A stretch of 64,000 nucleotides of DNA from Chloroflexota bacterium. Lineage in GTDB: Bacteria > Chloroflexota > Dehalococcoidia > E44-bin15. Location: positions 3,341 to 67,340 of the forward strand of contig JAXHUA010000141.1 in assembly GCA_034189695.1 (NCBI GenBank). Reading direction: 5' to 3'. Both the position numbers and the translations under genes were made by a program. Within the stretch, counting starts at the first letter, position 1, and each line of letters begins with the position of its first letter. The notes under the pieces were generated by a model, which worked only from the letters and a program-made list of their open reading frames with translations, searched no databases and was not told the origin of the DNA. Shown here one piece after another: positions 44,701 to 53,019 of this stretch.

Positions 44701-45714
44701 ATGGTGGACCTGGACGAGTTCAAGGAGTACAACGACAGGTTCGGGCACAGCAACGGCGATGCCCTGCTCAGGTCCGTGGCGCAGGCGCTGAGGTCCGAAC
44801 TCAGGAAGCCCGACATGGCGTTTCGCTACGGGGGCGACGAGTTCACCATCATCCTGCCGGAGACAGACGCGGAGAAGGCCAAGGGCATCATCGACCGCCT
44901 GAGGTTGGCCCGGATGGAAGTGCTCCAGACAGACGGCTACACTTCACGCCTTTTCCTCAACTTCAGTGCCGGGATCGCCGAGTTCCCGCAGAATGCCGAG
45001 ACAGCCGATGGCCTGGTGTTCCTGGCTGACACCGCGCTCTATCATTCGAAGAGGGCCGGGGGCAACCGGTCGACGCTGGTGTCGGATTTGGGTGAGCTGG
45101 CGGCAGACGTCGTCGACAGTGCCACTATGGACCAGGTATACGCCCTGGCCGCAACGGTCGACGCGAGAGATCCCCACACCTACGGTCACTCGAAGCGGGT
45201 GGCGACAGTATCCGAGATGATCGGCACGGCGATCGGGCTTCGGCCGAAGCAGATAAGTGACCTGCGGGCCGGGGCGCTTCTTCATGATATCGGCAAGGTG
45301 GGCGTGCCCGACTCGATCCTGACCAAGCCCGATAGGCCTTCGGAGCCTGAGTGGATGATTATTCGCAAGCACCCGGTCGAAGGCGCGAAGATCGTGGGAT
45401 ACGTGAAGGAGCTGGAGGGGCTGGTGCCTCTGATACGGCATCACCACGAGTGGTACGATGGCAGCGGCTACCCCGACGGACTCAGGGGAGAGAAAATACC
45501 TTTGGGTGCTCGAATCATCAGTGTTGCCGACGCGTACGACACAATGACCACGCCGCGCCCTTACCGGCAGGTCGTATCGTCGGACGAGGCCTGTAGGGAG
45601 CTGGAGCGCTGCTCAGGCACTCAGTTCGATCCGCGCCTGGTTAAGGCATTCCAGGCGGCGTTGAAGGAAAAAGCGCAGGTTGAAGCGCGTCAGGCAGAGC
45701 ACTTCCCCCTGTAG
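38794..45714 (+). CDS. giant multi-PAS (about 13 PAS/PAC) - GAF - GGDEF - HD-GYP signalling protein (bifunctional c-di-GMP cyclase/phosphodiesterase candidate)
   Basis: About 2306 aa. Repeated PAS/PAC blocks (SEERYRxL..., ITERKxAEEAL linkers); GAF (LEALHAISIAVSQTLDLDEML); GGDEF with an intact RKPD I-site and a GGDEF motif (FRYGGDEFTII); HD-GYP (HDIGKVGVPD...HHEWYDGSGYPDGL). The ATG at 38794 follows a GGAGGGG RBS; the ORF tool opens at TTG 38779. Confidence 0.85.
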   Translation: MQHDGTKNRIAPDQNGKDDSHSADEVLMLSRCAMDLVELSPDDDVFHFIGERLLELAGDCYIVVNSFDEATGQFCLRHVLGARQPVQAIARVMGRHPVGLSVPIRSEGRRGLTTGRLELVPGGLYEIGAGSMPRRVCRGIEMALGVAHWHAIGFAWRGQLFGSAIVATRKPPPPRTVRLIEAFIKEASVALQRWLAEEALRKAHADLEQRVEERTRELSDAVSRLEAEIAERAKAEEQLKRERTARDAIVSLNPYAISMYDSEGHFTSGNQAFQELFGSTPPSDYSLFTDPILLANGYLEELLKLKKGEAVPLPAVWYNPHLVRADVPDAPRYVRGVAFPIKGGGDEIRGIVAMHEDVSESTRRDEELHLKDCALAASINAIALADSDGRLTYVNAAFLKLWGYDDDKQVIGRPSREFWQASRNLAGHAGAKPGGWRGEAIGVNREGAAFVVELSASVVTDGDGQPGFTMASFIDVTERRRLEDVLRESEELSRGMLSAARAAVYIVQDGCFLYVNPQFEQITGRAMAELSGAHCLEHVHPDDRKAVRQKAVEQLKGQSTPPYEFRYMCKDGRTLHLMEKVASIMYKGKPTTVGSFMDVTDLKRAQDELSRSEERYRSLIETAGAGVATVDHEGRLAFVNGALCAMVGRAEDELLGEPVTDLVHADDRPKIAGLLGKVSGTLLSGRVVEFRAIHRDGHVVWCHTCPTMVRREDGTAGFNAIIHDVTERKLLEDRFRSLIEHAFDVIEILDESGIIQYASPAVESGLGYKPEEVLGQNARAFLHPDDAGRLGSLLAELVEDPGGTSRTQFRCRHKDGSWRHLAVVGQNHLDDPAVAGIVVNARDITESKLADEAVRRSQRELLQIVDGSSIPMFVVNSEHVVTHWNRACENLTGMLAADVVGTSEHWAPFYPESRPLMADLVADNVPQGEMAEHYNGRFARSTLVEGAFEAEGFFPKLGEQGKWLYFTAAPLRDDDGHTVGAIETLHDTTDRRRAEEDLFESEEKYRHLFGNAQAALYRTSVSDGRVLECNEVYARLLGYDSREQCLAERVASHHYLDHGTRDRLLRQLREQGEIRDAEVEVTRRDGTPVWLSYSARLYAERDCIEGAVIDITESKKAQEALRLSEERYRLLIENANEAIIVAQDGAFKYANAKAGEMTGLSLEELAATPFMDVIHPDDRQLVAERHMRRLQGEEFEHVYSFRMVDREGNIKWVQINAVLMEWQGRPATLNLLTDVTEKKEAENQLRESESRYRLLAENVTDVIWTLDDKLKYTYLSPSVERLLGFTVEEACAKTLEDRLTPDSLGVVRKAMEEELLKAGPPYRTTSTMELEQYRKDGSTVWTEASMTLLRDANDEVQGMLGITRDISERKQAEEAVRESEARFRRFVGNAPDITFRWSVEEGLEYVSASALRVTGYTPEELLTDPELAAGISRARDLDMGLDYRQAAAEGHALPPREFAFARRGGGEAYLEIRAVPLVDGSGELTAFEGILRDITERKQVEEALRRSEEFSSSLLANAPSAILVVNPDSSIRYVNPALEELTGFSAGELMGSGPPYPWWTVDALERTGRDLMDAIPRGARGLEQLYRKKNGEDFWVELTAVPIIETDGELKYHLVTWVDITERKQGEEALRHSEYKYRTAIESARDGVLILNRDWVIVDANRMSVSSVGYDYKEQLVGRSIADVVDDDTAGGLGETLRGTLEKHGYLANLEVTARTRDARSLPVQVNISQVLDRWGEPTSYMVVVRDVSERKRAEEAAQRYTRNLEALHAISIAVSQTLDLDEMLESALDKVLKVTGTDAGYIHLFDAERRELVLKAHRGLSERYVAAIETMGVSEEAMKRWHDAYPEPAFRMRRILSEPSFAAANSAGREESIHTSVAVPLWSKSVMHGGLTLVSHARRRFKPEELELLEAIGNEIAVGIENAKLLERTKELSATDELTGLYNRRQFFELLEGELNRMHRYGGSFTLAMVDLDEFKEYNDRFGHSNGDALLRSVAQALRSELRKPDMAFRYGGDEFTIILPETDAEKAKGIIDRLRLARMEVLQTDGYTSRLFLNFSAGIAEFPQNAETADGLVFLADTALYHSKRAGGNRSTLVSDLGELAADVVDSATMDQVYALAATVDARDPHTYGHSKRVATVSEMIGTAIGLRPKQISDLRAGALLHDIGKVGVPDSILTKPDRPSEPEWMIIRKHPVEGAKIVGYVKELEGLVPLIRHHHEWYDGSGYPDGLRGEKIPLGARIISVADAYDTMTTPRPYRQVVSSDEACRELERCSGTQFDPRLVKAFQAALKEKAQVEARQAEHFPL

Positions 45715-45828
45715 GGCGAATCCGTGAAAGCCAGTCATCCGCCAGACAAGCGAACTGAGAGTCACGACGGCTCCGCACACGGGCGGGGGCGGCAGGTGTA
45801 CGGAGCAAAGAGGACTGAGGGACAACCG

Positions 45829-48800
45829 ATGGACGAACTGACGAACACAGGACAGCGAGCTGCCGCATCGGCGGAAACGCATTCCGCTGGGTCGGTGACG
45901 CCGGACGATGGGCTGTACCGCTCTTTTGCCGAGTACGCCTCCGATTTCATCTGGACCATGGACATGAGCCTGCGCTACACCTACGTCAGTCCATCCGTGA
46001 CAAGCCTCCTGGGCTACACTGTCGAGGAGGCGAAGGACCTGAGGCTGGAAGACTTGATGGACCAACAGTACATTGACCTGGCTGCCAGCGTGCTGGCTGA
46101 GGAGTTGTCGGTCCAGCAGACACCTGACCTGGGGAAGTCGCGAACCTTGGAGTCCGAGCTGAAGCGCAAGGATGGTTCGACCGTGTGGGTCGAGTCAAGG
46201 ATGAAGTTCGTGCGAGATGCGAACGGGGAGCGAGTAGGCATCTCGGGGATCTCGCGTGACATAACGGAGCGGAAGCAGGCTCAGCAGAAGATAGAGCACC
46301 TCACACGGTTGTTGCGTGCCATCCGCAATGTCAATCGGCTCATTACGAAAGAGAGGGACCGCGACGCGCTGCTGGAGGCGGCGTGTCGCAATCTCGTTGA
46401 CACCCCGGGCTATGACAGCGCGTGGGTCTGTGTGTTTGGCGAACGTGGACGGCCGGTGTCCGTTGCTCAGGCCGGTCTGGGGGCGTGTTTCGTGCCGATG
46501 GAGGAGTGGCTGGTCGGGGGCAACCTGTCGAGCTGTGGTGAGAAGGCTTCGAAGGGGCCTGGTGTGGTAGTAACCAGGGCCTCGACTCGCGCCTGCGGCG
46601 ATTGCCCGTTGCTCTCCTGTTGTGCCAGCAGCTTGGCTGTGACGACTCGACTGGAGTGCGACGGGAAAGTCTACGGCGTGCTGTCGATCGTAGCCCCCTT
46701 GTGGCTCAAACCAGACACGGAGGAGCGGATGCTGCTCCAGGAGGTGGCGATGGACATCGCCTTCGCTCTCCAGACCATGGAATCGGAGGAGGAGCGCCGG
46801 GGTGCGGAGGAGGCGCTGAAGGAGTCAGAGGAACTCTCCCGGGGCCTGCTGGAGGCGGTGACGGTCGGGACGTACATTGTCCAGGACGGCAAGTTCCAGT
46901 ACGTGAACCCGCGGTTCCAGGAGATAACAGGTTACACCGGGCACGAGCTCCTCGGTACCCAGTCTCTGGACTACGTGCATACCGAGGACAGGGAGACGGT
47001 CCGTGGGAAGGCGATAGACTGTCTCAAGGGCAGGAGCAGTTCGGCCTACGAGTACCGGTACCTGCGCAAGGACGGCGACGTACTGTGGATTCTGGAGAGG
47101 GTGGCATCCATCGTGCATCGGGGGCGCCTGGCTACGGTGGGCAGCTTCATGGACATCACCGAGCGCAAACGCGCAGAGCACGCGCTGCGCGATAGCGAGG
47201 AGAAATACCGCAACCTGGTCGAACGAGCCAACGACGGTATCCTGATCATCCAGGGGGGCATCATCAAGTACGCCAACCAACGGTTGGCCGAGATGGGCGG
47301 GTATACGCTGAGCGACCTGATCGGGGTCCCATTCATCAGCTTCGTCCACCCTGACGAAGTCCGCAATGCGGCCAATCGCTACAAGCGACGGATGGCGGGA
47401 GAGACCCTTGAATCCGTGTACGAGACTGTTCTCAGGCGCAAGGACCGGTCCGACCTCCACGCCGAGATCAATGCCGGGGTGGTCACATACGATGACAGTG
47501 CCGCCGACCTGGTCTTCGTCCGCGACACCACAGAGCGCAGGATGGCTGAGGAGAACGCGCGGCAGTCCGAGATCAAGTATCACACCGCTCTCGAATCGGC
47601 GCGGGACGGTATCATCATAATCGACTCGGACGGCATCGTCGTTGATGTCAATCAAACGTGCCTGGGTGCGTTGGGATGCAACTCCAAAGACGAGGTGGTG
47701 GGGTCCCATGTTGTCGGCCTGCTGGCGCCGGAAACCCAGCGGCAAATGGAGCGGGGACTGCGGGGGAGTCTTGAAAAGACGCTGGTCGAGGGCAAGGGGT
47801 ACGTCACCAATCTCGAACTGGTGGCGCGCTCCGCAGACGGAAGGCAGTTCCCCATTGAGGTGAACGTTTCGCGCCTGAGCGATGAAAGGGGTCAGGGGAG
47901 AGGGAGCGTGATCGTGATTAGAGACATCACGGAGCGCAAGCGCGTGGAGAAGCAGCTCCTCGACCACACGATGCGCCTCGAGGCCCTTCATGCCATAAGC
48001 GCCGCGGTGATCCAGTCGCTCGATCTGGACACCATGCTGAAGAGCGCGCTCGACAAGGTGGTCGAGGTCATCGGAGCGAACGCTGGGTACATACACCTGT
48101 TCGACACTGAAAGCAGGGAACTGGTCCTGAAGGCGCAGCGCGGCCTCTCACAGCGGTACATTGAAGCGATAGGCAGACTCAGCGTGCGTGAGGAGGCGAT
48201 GCAGCGCTGGGCGACATACCCGGAGCCATCGTTCCGACCGGACGGCATCGTCGACCAGTTGGGCGACCGGTCGGTGGGCGCTGCCGACGGGTCCGACATG
48301 CTGCGGATTCTGGTGTCCATACCGCTGTGGTCGAAATCAGGAATGCAGGGGGGCCTTACGCTTGTTGGGAACACGTCGCGCCACTTCCCCCCCGAGGAAC
48401 TCGACCTCCTCAAGGCCATCGGCAACGAGATAGCGGTAGGAATAGAGAACGCCAGATTGCTTGGAAAGACCAAGCAGCTCTCCATAACGGATGAGCTGAC
48501 GGCGCTGCACAATCGCCGCCACTTCTATGAGGTGCTGGAGAACGAGATGAACCGCACCCAGCGCTACGGTCACTCCTTCTCACTGGTGATGGTCGACCTC
48601 GATGGTTTCAAGGAGTACAACGACAAGTACGGCCACACCAACGGTGATACCGTGCTGAGGTCGCTTGCCCAGATGCTCAAATCGTTGCTGAGGAAGAGCG
48701 ACACCGCGTTCCGCTACGGTGGAGATGAGTTCACCATCATTCTCCCTGGTACCGAGGTAGAGAAGGCGAAGAAGATAGTCGACCGGATACGGGACAGATG

Positions 48801-49611
48801 GCCGGAGATACCGAAGGCGGAATCGGCGGCACTGGATAACCCGCTGGGGTTCAGCGCCGGCATCGGCCAGTACCCCGACGATGCCGAAACCGCCGATGGA
48901 CTGATATTCCTCGCCGACACCGCCCTGTATCACTCCAAGAGGACCGGCGGGTACAGGTCAACCGTTGTGTCCGACCTGCCGAGCCTGGCGTTGAAGCATC
49001 ACGACAGAGCCACGCTGGACCACGTGTACGCCCTCTCGGCGACGGTGGACGCCAGGGACCCGTTCACTTACGGCCACTCCGAACGAGTCGCCACGATAGC
49101 GGAGATGATTGGGAGGGCGGCGGGTCTGCCCCCGGAAGAACTCGCCGACCTGGAGTTTGGCGCTCTGCTGCATGACATTGGCAAGGTTGGCGTTCCCGAC
49201 TCGATTCTCACCAAACCCGACAAACTCACTGAAAAGGAGTGGAGGGTGATGCGTAAGCATCCGGGTGAGGGAGCGAAGATAATCGGGCATGTCAAGGAGC
49301 TGGCTTCCGTGGTTCCCATGGTGCGGCACCATCACGAGTGGTACGATGGCAGCGGGTATCCGGACGGGATCAAGGGTGAAGAGATTCCCATCTGCGCTCG
49401 AATCATCAGCATAGCGGACGCCTATGACACCATGACCACGCTGCGTCCCTATCGGGTGCCAATGTCGCAGAGGGCGGCGTTGGAGGAACTGCGGCGCTGC
49501 TCCGGCACTCAGTTTGACCCGGAGCTGGTCGAGCACTTCGCCAGCGTTCTGAGTGAGGCGGATGCCCATGACGCAACGGGGGCGAAGTCGGTGTTCCCAG
49601 CGCGAAAATAG
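45829..49611 (+). CDS. paralogous multi-PAS - Cys-rich GAF-like - PAS - GAF - GGDEF - HD-GYP signalling protein
   Basis: About 1260 aa (1295 aa if the GTG at 45724 is used). The C-terminal 600 aa are highly similar to the upstream gene (LEALHAISAAVIQSLDLDTML, RKSD I-site, FRYGGDEFTIILPG, HDIGKVGVPD...HHEWYDGSGYPDGI). There is a Cys-rich insert (CGDCPLLSCC...LECDG) at about 46380-46700. Confidence 0.85.
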   Translation: MDELTNTGQRAAASAETHSAGSVTPDDGLYRSFAEYASDFIWTMDMSLRYTYVSPSVTSLLGYTVEEAKDLRLEDLMDQQYIDLAASVLAEELSVQQTPDLGKSRTLESELKRKDGSTVWVESRMKFVRDANGERVGISGISRDITERKQAQQKIEHLTRLLRAIRNVNRLITKERDRDALLEAACRNLVDTPGYDSAWVCVFGERGRPVSVAQAGLGACFVPMEEWLVGGNLSSCGEKASKGPGVVVTRASTRACGDCPLLSCCASSLAVTTRLECDGKVYGVLSIVAPLWLKPDTEERMLLQEVAMDIAFALQTMESEEERRGAEEALKESEELSRGLLEAVTVGTYIVQDGKFQYVNPRFQEITGYTGHELLGTQSLDYVHTEDRETVRGKAIDCLKGRSSSAYEYRYLRKDGDVLWILERVASIVHRGRLATVGSFMDITERKRAEHALRDSEEKYRNLVERANDGILIIQGGIIKYANQRLAEMGGYTLSDLIGVPFISFVHPDEVRNAANRYKRRMAGETLESVYETVLRRKDRSDLHAEINAGVVTYDDSAADLVFVRDTTERRMAEENARQSEIKYHTALESARDGIIIIDSDGIVVDVNQTCLGALGCNSKDEVVGSHVVGLLAPETQRQMERGLRGSLEKTLVEGKGYVTNLELVARSADGRQFPIEVNVSRLSDERGQGRGSVIVIRDITERKRVEKQLLDHTMRLEALHAISAAVIQSLDLDTMLKSALDKVVEVIGANAGYIHLFDTESRELVLKAQRGLSQRYIEAIGRLSVREEAMQRWATYPEPSFRPDGIVDQLGDRSVGAADGSDMLRILVSIPLWSKSGMQGGLTLVGNTSRHFPPEELDLLKAIGNEIAVGIENARLLGKTKQLSITDELTALHNRRHFYEVLENEMNRTQRYGHSFSLVMVDLDGFKEYNDKYGHTNGDTVLRSLAQMLKSLLRKSDTAFRYGGDEFTIILPGTEVEKAKKIVDRIRDRWPEIPKAESAALDNPLGFSAGIGQYPDDAETADGLIFLADTALYHSKRTGGYRSTVVSDLPSLALKHHDRATLDHVYALSATVDARDPFTYGHSERVATIAEMIGRAAGLPPEELADLEFGALLHDIGKVGVPDSILTKPDKLTEKEWRVMRKHPGEGAKIIGHVKELASVVPMVRHHHEWYDGSGYPDGIKGEEIPICARIISIADAYDTMTTLRPYRVPMSQRAALEELRRCSGTQFDPELVEHFASVLSEADAHDATGAKSVFPARK

Positions 49612-49649
49612 CGATGGCTGGTGGGGCGTGCTGCCGGGCGGCGTGACGG

Positions 49650-51560
<1,911 letters not shown>

Positions 51561-51644
51561 TCAGGCTCCGCCGATGCCATAGAACGGCTAGAGCGAAGCG
51601 TGCGGGAAATACTGAAGAACGGTCAAAAAGGGTTCCTCCCATAA

Positions 51645-52082
51645 TTATAGCACAGAGCCCCGTTCATTGGAAGTTGCCGCCTCTTGACTTAGCTTCCACC
51701 GGACGTAGCTCAGGTAGGGCAAAAGCTCCACCTTCTCTTGCTCGCTCAACTGTGAGAAGGGATCAACCGCACTGGGGATTTCGTCCTTAAGCGAAGCCAC
51801 CAGGTCCATGGGTATGCGGTTGAGGGCTTTGCACAGCTCGACGTAGCGCACCCCATACACACTGGCCCACATAGCCAGCGCTCCGTCCTTGGGCTTCTTC
51901 CACCCCCCTTCTACTTGGTACACGAAACCGGGCGAGACGCTGAGCTTCGTGGCTATGTCCGCCACGCGCGGAATACGTCCACTGACGTCTTCACGCAAGC
52001 GGCTTCTGGCGTCCCGTAACCGGTTGCCAAGCACCGCGTAGGGGCGTCGCTTCCTGGAGCCCGTGTCCAACACGTGGGACAT
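51645..52082 (-). CDS. XRE-family HTH transcriptional regulator (phage-repressor-like) with leaderless start
   Basis: HTH_XRE (LGNRLRDARSRLREDVSGRIPRVADIATKLSVSPGFVYQVEGG). The ATG at 52082 lies immediately downstream of a -10 TAATAAT; the ORF tool extends to TTG 52109. Confidence 0.7.
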   Translation of the reverse strand: MSHVLDTGSRKRRPYAVLGNRLRDARSRLREDVSGRIPRVADIATKLSVSPGFVYQVEGGWKKPKDGALAMWASVYGVRYVELCKALNRIPMDLVASLKDEIPSAVDPFSQLSEQEKVELLPYLSYVRWKLSQEAATSNERGSVL

Positions 52083-52083
52083 T

Positions 52084-52148
52084 ATTACACCAAATTGTGC
52101 AAAAGTCAAGCTTATGTATTGACATTTTCAACCATTTGGTGTAGTATG
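52084..52148. promoter_or_regulatory. divergent promoter/operator region: inverted repeat ACACCAAAT...ATTTGGTGT flanking face-to-face promoters
   Basis: 9-bp arms at 52087-95 and 52134-42. Minus-strand -35 TTGACT/-10 TAATAAT serves the XRE gene. Plus-strand -35 TTGACA (52119-24), 17 nt, TAGTAT (52143-48) points rightward. Confidence 0.5.
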
Positions 52149-52260
52149 TATCCGCAATCCCCATCAGAGTTGTTGTTCTGGGGACACCCCCAGACCCCCG
52201 CCAGAGGGGAGCCTCCTCCAGGCTCCCCTCCGTGATTTGACCGGCGGTTGGGTCTCCGCT

Positions 52261-52977
52261 TCACTTCCTCACCCCGTCCAGGATGAACATGGAGCCGGCG
52301 TATATCTGGCCGATGACAGGCGTGACGGTGATCCTGGATATCCTCGAGGTGGTGTTGTTCCACCTGCCGGTAATGTGGCGTAGAGAGGAGCTTCCCAGGC
52401 CGGCAAAGCTGAGCCACTCCTTTTGCACTGTGGCGTCGCGGTTCTGGATGTAGATGAAGGCAACTCCGTAGTGGAGGTCGTCGAACATACCGAGCACGCC
52501 GAAGGTGTTCGCCTCTACCAGCGTGGTGCGTACACCGCTCGAGTCGGCGAGAAGGTCGCGGAAATCGTAGTTCTGTCCGTCGTCGTCGTTGAAGCGAAGG
52601 CCGGTGGACATGGGGCCGCCGTACGTTGACCTTCTGATGAGGGCGAGAAGCCTGAAGGCGGCGTGGTCCGCGGAGAGTCCCTCGAAGTCCACCGCCGTGG
52701 CGTTCTCGTCGAGGACTCTTGTCTCGATGTGTTCCCAGGGCCAGCCGCGCTGGCTGTGGCCCGAGGTGGAGAAGACGGCGGTCACCACGGCATCGTGCGG
52801 GTTGGACTCGTCCAGGAAGATGACGGCGCAGGGCAGGCCGGGGACCATCGTCGCCGGGGGTATGGCGCGTGACACGGGCACCCCTTCGAGCCACACCGAA
52901 AGACTGCCGGCAACCTGTACTGTGGCGGTGTAGGACTGGGGATCGAAGCCCTGTATGATTCCCTTTCTGATCATCAT
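52261..52977 (-). CDS. phage-like structural protein with N-terminal gpV/gp5-type OB-fold (baseplate spike-like), tentative
   Basis: The N-terminus GIIQGFDPQSYTATVQVAGSLSVWLEGVPV...GLPCAVIFLDESNPHDAVV resembles the Phage_base_V/VgrG OB-fold pattern; 238 aa. Confidence 0.35.
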   Translation of the reverse strand: MMIRKGIIQGFDPQSYTATVQVAGSLSVWLEGVPVSRAIPPATMVPGLPCAVIFLDESNPHDAVVTAVFSTSGHSQRGWPWEHIETRVLDENATAVDFEGLSADHAAFRLLALIRRSTYGGPMSTGLRFNDDDGQNYDFRDLLADSSGVRTTLVEANTFGVLGMFDDLHYGVAFIYIQNRDATVQKEWLSFAGLGSSSLRHITGRWNNTTSRISRITVTPVIGQIYAGSMFILDGVRK

Positions 52978-53019
52978 GGCGCTCCCTTCGTGTTGCTCGG
53001 GGCAAGCCCTTCACATTCC

